DNA of 63,500 nt, filler included, from Octopus bimaculoides (taxonomy: Eukaryota): the NCBI RefSeq assembly GCF_001194135.2. It is 8 parts of 8 records of this genome, joined end to end, with 100 filler letters (N's around TTAATTAATTAA, not from the genome) between each part and the next. Parts side by side here need not be neighbours in the genome. Positions count along the whole stretch, not along the records: positions 9,828 to 32,193 come from NC_068981.1; 7 more parts are not named here. One strand, 5' to 3'. Below, piece after piece: positions 11,801 to 24,081 of the stretch. Each line of letters begins with the position of its first letter. Position 1 is the first letter of the stretch. The notes beneath the pieces were generated by a model, which did not search any database, had not been told where the DNA came from, and worked only from the letters and a program-made list of their open reading frames with translations. The position numbers and the translations under genes were made by a program.

Positions 11801-13186
11801 TTTTAATGGGGATTTTGAACTGTGATGTTTTTACATCATTTCTGTACTCTGTGGAGAATTGTAGATGGTGGCTGCTGTGACTCCTTTAGGCCATAACTGC
11901 TTTAGGTACATGCTTTCGATCTTGACAAGCTCTTGCGATTTTGAGTTTTGGGGTTCCCCTTTTTGTCTTTCTGGAAGGAAAGGGTTAAGACCATAATATA
12001 GGTAGACGATTCTTATTTTTGATTTCGTATTCCTGTTTTCTCCGCATGGCTTTGGATTGGTGATTCTCGAAAGAATTAATAAATACGTTTATTTGTTGAA
12101 GTATAGATATGTTATTTGAGGCAGCGAATTACTTTGTATAGAGTTTTCTTGTATATATTGTAGTTTGTGATAGGCACAAAAATCGTCAGAGATCGGCTAA
12201 TTCCATCTGTTATTTCACTGTTTGAATTATTTGTTTTACTTTTACCAACGTAGGACACAATTAGTTTCCGCGGATTAGAATTCAGATTCAATTGATTTTT
12301 TTCTAAAGATACAGGATAGTCATGGCTGGAATGCTTTAGGTCATAGGTCAGGTCAGATCTACTCAGTAACGGCTGACCTGAGGCTAAATGGTAACAGTAA
12401 CATTAAGTATAATAGTGAAATTCCCTATCAGTTTTAAGCATGGCATACCTGACGTGTTGAAAGTATGAGCTTCTTCCAAGATTTCAATCAACTACGTCCA
12501 TGTATTAGGTCTGACTATGATTACTTCAACAACAGCAACAACAACAACAACAACAACAACAGCAGCAGCAGCTGAAACAAGCACAAAAACACCACCAACA
12601 ACAACAACATAATTGGATAATAACGAAGAATGATTTCAAATTAATCTTTACCACTTAAGCAATTTTATCATAACAATAATCTAACAGCTTGTCTGTATAT
12701 GATTCCAAAAGTCAATTCAGTAGTAATTTATTGACATTGTACTATTAAAAGTACAATGGAAATCTAATTGTTGCCTGGCTGCAATAACAATAATACTTTT
12801 CAGGACAAGAATAGTGGTAATAGATAATAATATACACACAGGCACACAAAAATAGCAGATAATAATTTATTATAAGAGCATAAATTCATAAGTAAGATAT
12901 GCTATTATTCGAATCAGTTTCACTACATGGTTGGTATTTATTCTATACACTCCAGAGAAATTAAAAGCAAACTTAACCACAGATTAATAAAGGTGTATGC
13001 TTGCTGTTGGAATTGTGGTTTTGTTATTTGGAGTTGTTATTGTGATATTGAGCATTGTGTGACTGTCATTGTTGATGGTGATGCTAATCATTACGTATTA
13101 TTGTGTTTGATACGGTTTGGTTTGTGGTTGGCAATGGATAGAAATAATTCTAATTTTCTGTTTTACCGTGATTTATTATGCTTATT

Positions 13187-13553
13187 ATTACCTCCGCCTT
13201 AGCGAAGGCGGAGGTATTGTTTTCAGTCGTTTTTGTTTGTTTGTTTGTTTGTCCGTGGACAAGATATCTTAAGAACCGCTGAATGGATTCGGATGAAACT
13301 TCCAGGGGTGTTTGGCCTCGTGACGGGTACGAACTGATTAGATTTTGGGACTGGTCTGGTACTGGACAAGGATTCTGGACTGTTTTTTTAACTTAATTTT
13401 TGAGAGCGTTCAGGTTCCTTTTTAGTATTCTCGTTCGTGAGAGCAGTCAAGTTTCTTTTAGATATTCTCATTTTAAAAATCATCTCTGGCTAATCGTTGA
13501 GAAGGCGTTGGTGTAGCCTTGGCGGAGGTTTGCGCTCTCTGAGTGCTCTTGTT
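13187..13553 (+). mobile_element. Helentron-associated non-autonomous element (HINE/DINE-1-like)
   Basis: 5' 12-bp hairpin TACCTCCGCCTT-AGCG-AAGGCGGAGGTA, (GTTT)n microsatellite, 3' sub-terminal repeat GGCGGAGGT (13521-13529), then stem-loop GCGCTC-TCT-GAGTGC; T-rich flanks. Confidence 0.7.
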
Positions 13554-13676
13554 TACTTTTACGATTGTTTAATGTGGAGTTTTATTTCTGTTGCACGTAG
13601 TACTGATGTATTTTGTTCTAGTTTGCTTTTAATTTTTCTATAAGTTTGGATATATTTTTTCTTGTGTAACTGAAAG

Positions 13677-13997
13677 CAGTGGCGTACTGGCCAGGTTGCC
13701 AGGTTGCCAGCTTGCCCAATGGCAAGTGGGCTCCTGCGCCATTAGAATCCATATATGGGGGCCCATGTTAGTATCCCTCAAGTTTGAGAAATTTTTATTC
13801 ACTCCTAGAAGAATGCATTAATTATTTCAGCCTGGCTGTGTTTATAGACCGTTGAAAAGAATACTTAAAATAAATAAATAAATAAATAAAATAAATAGAA
13901 TGATAGCATTGTAGTTGAGGGGTGGGGCTTCTTGTAGTTGCGAGTGGGCCCCCTTAATCTCCTGGCAACCAATATTTTTAGACTCGGTCCGCCACTG
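13677..13997. mobile_element. hAT-type MITE
   Basis: TIRs CAGTGGCG...CGCCACTG; 8-bp flanks ACTGAAAG / ATTGAAAG (7/8 identical, TSD-like). Confidence 0.8.
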
Positions 13998-14640
13998 ATT
14001 GAAAGTATCATGTTTGTTGCATTTCGGGATCTACTCTTTGAATGCGTCTGCAATTACTATTAAATGTACGTTGTGATTTGTCTACATGGGTAAATGTGGT
14101 GCTATTGAAGTCGAGGAACCTCGATTTTGTTTTCAGGCAGAAATAATCCTACTGGGTTTATGTAAAGTTTTTAAATTAGAATATAACTTGTTCATTGCTG
14201 TATGATTGAACTGTGGTGGTGATAGGTAGGCGTGTTCAGAAGAAAGTCAGTAGAATGTTTGCCAACGGTCACGGTGGCTATGTGTACTGAGCAGAAGAAG
14301 ACAATCAGTAGGTGAAGTGTTAGGAATGGTGTGTTATCTATTAAGTTATTATTGGTTTTATTTTAAATGCTTTCATATCTACTGTGCTTTCATGTGCTAT
14401 TAATAATCGAATGTCATTTGTAGTATCTACATAATGGATGCATGAGTTTTTACGCACGTTGTTAGGCCATCTCCATGGAACAATCTCTCTCAACTAATTG
14501 ATATTTGATATTAAAGTTGAAGGCTCTTCTGCTTAGCTGTAATCTCATCCCGTATATGTTACCTGTGATGATAACATTTTCTAGTTAATAAAGTTCTTTT
14601 TTAAAAAAAATTAAAGTTTTAATAATGTATTTTCAATAAT

Positions 14641-15030
14641 GTAGTTGTTGTTAGCATTCCGTCGCTTACGACGTCGAGGGTTCCAGTTGATCCGATCAAC
14701 GGAACAGCCTGCTCATGAAATTAATGTGCAAGTGGCTGAGCACTCCACAGACACGTGTACTCTTAACGTAGTTCTCGGGGGATATTCAGCGTGACACAGT
14801 GTGACAAAGCGGACCCTTTGAATTACAGGGCGCAACAGAAACAGGAAGTAAGAGTGAGAGAAAGTTGTGGTGGAAGAATACAGCAGGGTTCGCCACCATC
14901 CCCTGCCGGAGCCTTGTGGAGCTTTAGGTGTTTTCGCTCTATAAACACTCACAACGCCCAGTCTGGGAATCGAAACTGCGGTCCTATGACCGCGAGTCCG
15001 CTGCCCTAACCACTGGGCCATTGCGCCTCC
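14641..15030 (-). mobile_element. tRNA-derived SINE, family C (near full length)
   Basis: Reverse complement starts GGAGGCGCAATGGCCCAGTGGTTAGGGCAGCGGACTCGCGGTC...GTTTCGATTCCCAG (A/B boxes) and ends in an AAC-repeat tail. Confidence 0.85.
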
Positions 15031-15166
15031 ACAATAATGTAGTATGTCGTTCCTTTCTAGTGTAAAGCACTGGAATTGTCAAATGTATTCTGTTAGAGCT
15101 GTGGCACTGAAAATGGAGATAATAGGGCCCATCAGATCAATACTGCAGTTATTATTGTTGCAATGT

Positions 15167-15475
15167 GAAGGCGCGTGGCTTAGTGGTTAAAGTATACGGC
15201 TCACGATCGTCAGGTCGTGACTTCAATTCCTAATGGAACGTTGTATCATTGAGCAAGAGACTTCATTTCACGTTGCTCCTGTTCACTCAGCTGGCAAAAA
15301 TGAGTAGTACCTGTATTTCAAAAGGGCCAACCCTGTCACACTCTGCGTCACGCTAAATCTCATTGAGAACTACGTTAAGAGTACACGTGTCTGTGGAGTG
15401 CCCAGACACTTGCATGTCAATTTCATGATCGGATCAACTGGAACCCTCGTCGTCGTAACCGACGAAGTGTCAGTT
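15167..15475 (+). mobile_element. tRNA-derived SINE, chimeric (family D head/core + family C tail)
   Basis: GAAGGCGCGTGGCTTAGTGGTTA head, core TTGAGCAAGAGACTTCATTTCACGTTGCTCC..CACTCAGCTG, and the tail GAGAACTACGTTAAGAGTACACGTGTCTGTGGAGTG shared with 14641-15030. Confidence 0.8.
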
Positions 15476-16295
15476 TTTTTGTTGCTATGGTATGCGATAT
15501 TTTTGTTCATCTTCGTACATTTTCGTACATTTTCGTGTTGTTTTATTGTGTCTGTTTAAGAATTTTTAAAAAAGAAAGAAACAATCTTACCTTATTTTTG
15601 TTTCCTGAGCAAAGCTGTTGATTTCTGATTTCGTTCCAATGTGCTATTCTACGGTATGTTCTTTTGAATAGTTTTTGTCTAACCATCATCGTTCGACTAG
15701 TATTCCAGCTGTGACTATCTTGTCTTATTTCTGGCATGTTATACCCAGGGCTTACTTCTCCAGTATATTCATCTATTTGTGTTGTGTCGACGCCCTCAAG
15801 CGAAGAAGTAGGCTCGACCAAGACATATAAATAGAGGTAGTCTGACCGTGGTAGGAGTGTTGAGTAGCAGTCGAGTAGCTGTTGAGTAGCAGTTGAGCAG
15901 AAATCATCCGAAGTTGCTAGATATCAGTAGCTTGAGACATAACAATTTGTAAAAAAAGAGAACGTTAAACACTGAAGAAGATTTGGCTGCTATTTCTAGC
16001 AGGTAGATTGACTAGATAGAGGTTTGTTCATACGAAAAATAGCACTAAAGATGCCAAGAATAATTAAAAGACTACATCAACCTGCGAAGTACTTGAATAG
16101 GAAAAAAAACAAAAAACAACAATTGATTGAATGCAGGAAAACAAGTGAGCCCTACCTACTTGTCATATTTATTGACGTGTTTGGCATAAGTCAACAATGA
16201 TTAACGAGTAATGTTTCAACACTTATTCTTGTCATACACGCACCTATATATTTGCAATGTTTCTATAAACATAACTTTACAATTTTGTTGAATAG

Positions 16296-16346
<51 letters not shown>

Positions 16347-16689
16347 NNNNNNNNNNNNNNNNNNNNNNNNNNNNNNNNNNNNNNNNNNNNNNNNNNNNNN
16401 NNNNNNNNNNNNNNNNNNNNNNNNNNNNNNNNNNNNNNNNNNNNNNNNNNNNNNNNNNNNNNNNNNNNNNNNNNNNNNNNNNNNNNNNNNNNNNNNNNNN
16501 NNNNNNNNNNNNNNNNNNNNNNNNNNNNNNNNNNNNNNNNNNNNNNNNNNNATATATATTTCTCGCTTCTATTTGTTTTTGTACAAAGTATATTGAGTAA
16601 GTTTATCAGAAATGCACTCTCTATAAGAAAAAAAATACATAAGTAAGTTTTAACACATTCAATACACAGAAAACGAAAATGTCAATAGA

Positions 16690-16935
16690 ATTAAAGGCAT
16701 CGTATTCGACAAGATCTTTAAGGAACATTCTATTCTGCCTCTAACATGCAGTGGCTCCAAGGGAAAATACAAGCACAGGAAAGCCCACAAGGAATACCTA
16801 ACCATAGAAAGAGAAGGTGTTTATGTTTGCAAATTTATTCCTCCCTTTAACTTAGAAGTTGGCACACCTGTAGAAAATTTGTTATCCTCTTTGCTCAAGA
16901 AATATTTCCTATTCCAACACAAATATCCTAAAATA
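16690..16935 (+). mobile_element. Penelope-like element fragment (RT-EN linker)
   Basis: FIPPFNLEVGTPVENLLSSLLKKYFLFQHKYPKI resembles the PLE motif WFNPPY..NV.T.IG..FL.LI.KHF...H.Y.KIF. Confidence 0.5.
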
Positions 16936-17505
16936 TAGAAATTTCTTGTTCCACTACTCCTTGCTTTGAACAACTTATAATTTCCTCCCGTATTTTTAAC
17001 AGTCCTCCACTCGTACTACCCCTAATAAGAACTGCAATAGTACTAAAACCTCTTCGTATTTCTAAACTAAAACATTGATCTAAGTTTGAGTAATGGCGTT
17101 GCGCATTATTGTAAAATGCATCCGATCAACTCTGTTATGAATTTCATTGGTTTCAGTGGCAGATTTCAAAGCAGAAAAAACTAATACACGATAAATATAC
17201 ACAGCTTAATTTCAACCATCGCTGTTTAGTAGGATTTTAATTAATTTCAATTTGTTAAAAACTTAGTACATGTATGAAAATGTATTTTTTGTTGTTTACA
17301 TATAAGAACGGCAATTTTATAAACGACAGTTACGATGACTAGGACTGATAAAGCATAACCACACAAAACCACAGTCCGATGGCATAGTCCTGTTTGGTGT
17401 ATTTTAACACATAGTTTAAAAGGAGAATTTCTCTTCCGAAACAGTTTCCGCAGCGAAAAGCTTTCCACTTTTGGGTTCACACGGATGTGTTAAATATAAA
17501 TATAA

Positions 17506-17696
17506 GGCGGCGAGCTGGCAGAAATGCTTAGCGGTATTTCGTCTGACGTTACGTTCTGAGTTCAAATTCTGTCGAGGTCGACTTTGCCTTTCATCCTTTC
17601 GGGGTCGATTAAATAAGTATCAGTTATGCACTGGGGTCGATGTAATCGACTTAATATATTTGTCTGTCCTTGTTTGTCCCCTCTATGTTTAGTCCC
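17506..17696 (+). mobile_element. tRNA-derived SINE, family A (tail type 1)
   Basis: GGCGGCGAGCTGGCAGAAATGCTTAGCGG...GTTCTGAGTTCAAATT...TTTGTCTGTCCTTGTTTGTCCCCTC; truncated by a gap. Confidence 0.85.
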
Positions 17697-18249
17697 NNNN
17701 NNNNNNNNNNNNNNNNNNNNNNNNNNNNNNNNNNNNNNNNNNNNNNNNNNNNNNNNNNNNNNNNNNNNNNNNNNNNNNNNNNNNNNNNNNNNNNNNNNNN
17801 NNNNNNNNNNNNNNNNNNNNNNNNNNNNNNNNNNNNNNNNNNNNNNNNNNNNNNNNNNNNNNNNNNNNNNNNNNNNNNNNNNNNNNNNNNNNNNNNNNNN
17901 NNNNNNNNNNNNNNNNNNNNNNNNNNNNNNNNNNNNNNNNNNNNNNNNNNNNNNNNNNNNNNNNNNNNNNNNNNNNNNNNNNNNNNNNNNNNNNNNNNNN
18001 NNNNNNNNNNNNNNNNNNNNNNNNNNNNNNNNNNNNNNNNNNNNNNNNNNNNNNNNNNNNNTGTAGATATGTGCGTGTGTGTGTGTGCGTCTGTAATGTG
18101 TGGATGATGGTGTGTAGGTGTGAAGATGATGGTGTGTGGTGTGGGTGCTGGGAAGTGGTTAGTGCTAGTGTATGTGGAATGTTGCGGGGTGGTGTGATGT
18201 GGTGATGTGGTGGTGATGTGGTCCCTGTGTAATGACAATCCAAACGAAG

Positions 18250-18730
18250 ACAGATGTTGTAATGAATGACCGGTAGAGCGGAAATGGCGCGAGACCGGGG
18301 TGTCATTGCCGAGTCTTATGTCTCAGAAGTACTCCGCGAATTGTTCAGCCAAGTGGCGTCCCGTTTGACCGATGTACAGAGAAGGGCAGAAAGAGCAGGA
18401 GATACAGTAAATGACATTGCTTGAAGTGCAGGTAAGGGAGTTAGTGATATGATAGGGACGATGATGGGTGCCTGTGAATATGGTGGTTTTGGAGAAGTAG
18501 GGGCAAGAGCGGCAGCGTGGGTGGGAGCAGGGGAACGAACCAGGTTGGGAGGAGGTTACGCAGGTTGTGGACTCGTTTGAAGGAGGGAAGGAGTAATTTG
18601 GGGAAAGATGTGCGAAGTAAAGAGGTTGAACTGAAGTCGCCGGAAGGCTCGGAGAATGTTGTGTTGGAGAGGCAGGGTGGAGGGGTGGTAGGTGAGGGGA
18701 AACAGGAGAGGGCAACGGTGGGGCGGGTGC

Positions 18731-18778
<48 letters not shown>

Positions 18779-19500
18779 AGCACAGTCCACAGAATTGCTC
18801 TGGCAAGGGCTATGTGGATAGTGGTGAGGGGATATCCACAAAGGATGAAGTGGCGAGCCATGAGTTGAGAATAAGTCTCAAAGTCATGGTTGTCACTGCA
18901 GAGCCTGCGCAGACGGAGGAATTGGGAGATTGGTGTAGGTAGGGTGGGAGGAGAAGAAGTTGAGGTATGAGTGTGAGTCGGTGGGTTTGTAATGGATGGA
19001 GGTAGTGAGAGCTGAGTTGTGTATGTTGACCGAAATGTTGAGAAAAGTGACGGAAGTGTTGGAAATAGTGCAGGAGAATTTCGAGGGCAGGATGGAAGGA
19101 TTGGGCAAAAGAGAGGAAGGAGTCTAGTTGTTCGAGGGAGAGCGAGATCGCACCGATACAGTCATCAATATAACGACCGTATAGTTCGGGAGTGGGACCA
19201 GTGAATCTTGAAAATATTTGTACCTCAACGTAGCCAACGAACATGATCGCATAGTTGGGGCCCATTCTCGTTCCCATGGCCACTCCTGAGAAATGTTATA
19301 AAACTACCCCACGAACGAGGAGCAGTTGAGGGAGAGAATGAGTTCGGCTAAACGAAGAAGTGTGGACGTGTCATGGATGTGGGAGGGGAAGGAAGCCACT
19401 AGGAGGTCAAGGAGACGGTCGAGGTATTTCGAGATCAGTTCCGTGGGGCAGTTACAGGCAGAGATGATAGGGCGGCCAGGTAGTAGTAAGTCCGAAGTGT
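18250..19500 (-). mobile_element. Penelope-like element (RT + Cys-rich linker + GIY-YIG), pseudogenised
   Basis: PGRPIISACNCPT, AMGTRMGPNYA, RYIDD (19161-19172), HYKPTDSHSYL, CSHPRCRSC, NVIYCISCSFCPSLYIGQTGR and TPVSRHF..GH; frameshifts and an internal (AG)n expansion. Confidence 0.92.
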
Positions 19501-19633
19501 AGGAGATTAAAGGAAGATAAAACTGGTGGGACCAAGTGAGCGTACAATATATAGTTGAAAAACAAAAGACGAAGACAGGTGTATAAACAACAAGCAAGTT
19601 TGACGTTCGGAAAGGTGAGAAAGTCTCTTACGT
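19500..19633 (-). repeat. PLE terminal-repeat-like segment joined to the 5' side of the PLE ORF
   Basis: Reverse complement ACGTAAGAGACTTTCTCA...CTTGCTTGTTGTTTATACACCTGTCTTCGTCTTTTG, homologous to 26080-26240 and 47660-47880. Confidence 0.6.
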
Positions 19634-22029
19634 GTTATGTATGTATGCATGTATGTATGTATGTATGTATGTATGTATGTATGTATGTATGTTTTTACAC
19701 ACACACACACAAACACACACACACTTGCATACACAGATACACAGACACATATATGCATACATAGACACNNNNNNNNNNNNNNNNNNNNNNNNNNNNNNNN
19801 NNNNNNNNNNNNNNNNNNNNNNNNNNNNNNNNNNNNNNNNNNNNNNNNNNNNNNNNNNNNNNNNNNNNNNNNNNNNNNNNNNNNNNNNNNNNNNNNNNNN
19901 NNNNNNNNNNNNNNNNNNNNNNNNNNNNNNNNNNNNNNNNNNNNNNNNNNNNNNNNNNNNNNNNNNNNNNNNNNNNNNNNNNNNNNNNNNNNNNNNNNNN
20001 NNNNNNNNNNNNNNNNNNNNNNNNNNNNNNNNNNNNNNNNNNNNNNNNNNNNNNNNNNNNNNNNNNNNNNNNNNNNNNNNNNNNNNNNNNNNNNNNNNNN
20101 NNNNNNNNNNNNNNNNNNNNNNNNNNNNNNNNNNNNNNNNNNNNNNNNNNNCACACACACACACACACACACACATACATTGATAAATACCAGAGTAACC
20201 ACATAAATGTGAAACAAGGTGGGAAAAAATAGCACTCGATTACCGGAAGTAGAGTAATATACTTTATTATTACAGAAAGCTGTTACTCAGAGTTTCATGT
20301 CCCCGTTTGTTGGACAGTTGGGATTTAGCATTGATAAATATATAGATAAAGAATTGATAGATATATAGATAATGAAAGAGAAAGAGATCCATATTTACGT
20401 GTATGTATACATGCACTACTATACATACGTATATACACGAACACACGTTGAAATATATGCCATGAGAAGTAGGAAAATGTATCCATATATGAATGTTAGT
20501 GAATATGGAAATCGTCAGAGAGAAAAGTGAATTTAAAGAAGCATATATGTAATTATGCACTGGCTACTACTTAAATATATGGAAGGCAAGTAGACTCGAA
20601 ATAAATGATATAAAGGATATACTCTTATACATGTGTGTGTATAGCATATTTATTGTAATACACATAGGCACAAATATGCAAACAATAATAATTTATAGAA
20701 AACAAGTGATTTAATACCAATGTGAATGAAGGCCTCATGGAACAAAGTAAGTAGAGACTAGGAGATCATGCATAATATTATTGAATATAGCAAACGATAG
20801 GACGGAAGTATATATTGGAAGATGAACGATAGAAAGAAGATTCAGACATTACAATGAAATGAAGAACAATATAATAGTGGAAAGGAGGCAAGCATATCTA
20901 TTTCGGAAAAAAAGTTTTGCATATATATAGAAGGAAAAATCAATTAGTATTTGAAAATTCTAAATTTGATAGTAAAAGGGGAATCGATATAAACTATTGA
21001 AGTTTATCATGCTAGAACGTAGGGAAGTAGAGATGAACCAGACAGGTTATAGCATTTTTTGTTTTTGGGAAGGAGACGTTACTGGTCAAAAATTTAAAAC
21101 AAATATTTAAAAAGATGAGTGTATTATGGCTTAGGAGATGGAAGAAAAAATATTGTATTAATAATAGAATAAAGGATGTTTAATGTGTATGAGTATTTGA
21201 AAAGGTTTAACGAAAGCGCTTACACACTAGAAAAAAAAAAACTTCTTCCCAAAAAGGGTTAGTAACATCATAAAAGATTTCAATAAGATTTAAAAAAAAA
21301 TCTTATTTAAAAAAAAAATCACCTTTACCCTTCTAAAACTGTATTAAGTAATCCTCATAGACTTTAAAATATATATATCTCTGAAATGCTTAAAAAATAT
21401 TGTTTGGATATACATATCGAGTTATAAAAAAGCAGCAATAGAAAATTATTTATATCTGAGAGAGAGAGAGAGAGAGAGAGAGGAGTAAGAAAGCCTGAAT
21501 TGATATTGTATGAAAACTTCGTGGATGAAATTTTGAATTAAACAGAATAGAGAGAATGAAATTAGTTTTTAATACAAAATTCTACAAATTGTTGGTGAAT
21601 AACATAGAAATGCAGAAACATACACCTGAAAATTAGAGAAATATAAATGAGTAGTTTTCATAGGCTTATAGATGAAAAAGGCCCAAGATAATGGCGTAAG
21701 TATTTTAGAAACTTAACGAAACGTATGCAGGCGGAAAAGAGACACACAATAAACAGGCAGCTACGAAAATATAAATATTGAAACGGATTGTTAAACGCAC
21801 GAATCAAGATAAAAACATCTCCGAGTTGAATTTGAAAGAAAGTTTAGCAAGTAAAAGTGAAGGAGAAATGGAAATGAATCATTAAAATATTAAGGAAACA
21901 CGTCTGAGAGCAAAGAGTGGAAGAGATATGGTGAATAACTTTTGTATACAGTACCGAGTGCTAAAGTAAAACCAACCAACAAACAAAAGATTGGAAAATT
22001 AAGTTAATCTCTTTAATAGGAGAACGCAG

Positions 22030-22268
22030 AAATAGTGTGTAACAAGGCTGGCCCTTTGAAATACAGGTACAACAGAAACAAAAAAAAGAGTGAGAGAAAG
22101 TTGTGGTGAAAGAGTACAGCAGGGCTCGTTACCACCCCCTGCCGGAGCCTCGTGGAGCTTCATGTGTTTTCGCTCAACAAACACTCATAACGCCCGGTCT
22201 GGGAATGGAAACCGCGATCCTACGACTGCGAGTCTGCTGCCCTAACCGCTGGGCCATTGCGCCTCCAC
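22030..22268 (-). mobile_element. tRNA-derived SINE, family C (5' part)
   Basis: High similarity to about 14815-15030. Confidence 0.85.
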
Positions 22269-22274
22269 TCACAC

Positions 22275-22343
<69 letters not shown>

Positions 22344-22364
22344 TATATGTATAAATAGGATTCC

Positions 22365-22677
22365 CTTCGGTCATAAATGACCATGGGATTCCACCTAGAA
22401 AGTTCCCCTCCAAGGTACAAATCCGGGCAAAATTGTTTATGGAAACCAGCAGTCACCGATGCCTACCAGCTTCCACTCTCCACGCCACTGATGTATTCTA
22501 AGGGAAAGGCAAAGGCCGATACAGCTTAGCACAATTGTTTTCTACAGCTGAGTGAACTGGAGCAACGTGAAATAAAGTGTCTTACTCAAGAACACAACAC
22601 ACAGTCCGGTCCGGGAAGCGAACTCTCTACCGCAGGAATGTAAGCCCAACGCTGTAACCACCGAGCCATGCGCCTTC
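22365..22677 (-). mobile_element. tRNA-derived SINE, family D
   Basis: Reverse complement GAAGGCGCATGGCTCGGTGGTTA...TTGAGTAAGACACTTTATTTCACGTTGCTCCAGTTCACTCAGCTG...GGCCTTTGCCTTTCCCTT; homologous to 50646-50985. Confidence 0.8.
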
Positions 22678-22710
22678 ATATATATACATATGCATATAGA
22701 TGTGTGTGTG

Positions 22711-22785
<75 letters not shown>

Positions 22786-22802
22786 ACGCGCGCGCCTGTG
22801 CA

Positions 22803-23000
22803 TTTTTATCTTTTACTTGTTTCGGATATTAGACTTCGGCCATGCATTGAAGAATTTTTAGTCGAATGAATCAACCCCAGTACTTTTATCTTTTTCTTAA
22901 GCCTGATGCTTATTCTATCCGCTACTTTTGCCGAACCGCTAAGCTACGGAGACATAGAAACACCATCACTGGCTGCCAAGCGTGACGGGAGACAAGCACA
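22803..23000 (-). mobile_element. SINE family B, 3' half
   Basis: Homologous to 30490-30690 (TTAGCGGTTCGGCAAAAG..GATAGAATAAG). Confidence 0.7.
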
Positions 23001-23039
23001 CACGCACACACATATATGTACACAATTGGCATCTTTTAG

Positions 23040-23272
23040 TTTCTTATTTCTTTATTGCCAACAAGGGGCGAGACATAGAGGGGACAAACAAGGACAGACA
23101 AAGGGATTAAGTCAATTACATCGAACCAGTGTGTAACTGGTACTTAATTTATCGGCCCCGAAAGGATGAAAGGCAAAGTCGACCTCGGCGGAATTTGAAC
23201 TCAGAACGTAACGGCAGACGAAATACTGCTAAGCATTTCGCCCGGCATGCTAACGTTTCTGCCAGCTCACCG
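23040..23272 (-). mobile_element. tRNA-derived SINE, family A (tail type 1)
   Basis: Near-identical in reverse complement to 41505-41734. Confidence 0.85.
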
Positions 23273-23403
23273 CATCTTTTAGTTTCTGTCTGCTCTATTC
23301 TCTCACAATGCTTTGGTCAGCGTGAGGCTATAGCAGGAAACACTAGCTCCAGGTGTCATGCACAGGGACTGAACTCGGAATCACGTGGTTTGGAAACAAA
23401 CTA

Positions 23404-23635
23404 TTGGGTTGTCTGGAAAGTTCATGCCGACTTTTAAAGGAAGGAAAGAAAAAGGTCAATAAATACTTGCCATTACATTTTTAATCAACCAAATATGAAA
23501 CATTTTGTTGCACAATGAGTCTCCATTTTCCCTTTAACTTGAAAATACCCTGTTCCCAGAATTGAGGTGGTTTCATGGCAAATAAGTCAAAAGGTAAGCT
23601 ACTATAAATCGGCACGAACTTTCCGGACAACCCAA
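23404..23635 (-). mobile_element. Mariner-derived MITE inserted in a family B SINE head
   Basis: 27-bp TIRs TTGGGTTGTC(T/C)GGAAAGTTC(A/G)TGCCGA (25/27), TA duplication on both sides; the interior encodes the mariner C-terminus KPPQFWEQGIFKLKGKWRLIVQQN. Confidence 0.9.
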
Positions 23636-24050
23636 TACTTACCTGCGCCTATATATATATATATGTTTTATTTTTCTCTTTTCAAATTAGAACTAATATA
23701 TACCGCTTAGGTTGCGAATAAGGCGTCTTTTATTCCTAACCCCCTAAATCTTAAAAACGTCTTGCAGACATTTATCATTGCAAATATAATGACCATTTGT
23801 AGTCTCCTTTCTAAAATCCAAGTTCAGACATAGCTATCTCCAGGGTGGGTACGTATCCCGTTGCTTCAATAATAATAGATATGAAACTGAAAGTGTATCT
23901 TGGGTACTGGGTGTGCAAAGTTCTTATCAATAGTCCATAGGCGTTTTCTCCATGTATTTTTCTGACATGTGTGCCTAATTATGTATATGAGAAAGAAAGA
24001 GAGAGAAAGAGAGGGGAGAGAAAGACAACGAGAGTTATAGATATGGGCAT

Positions 24051-24081
<31 letters not shown>

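Noticed and set aside
12525-12610. (CAA)n(CAG)n as a polyglutamine exon
   Set aside because: No flanking splice signals or extended open frame; ordinary microsatellite.
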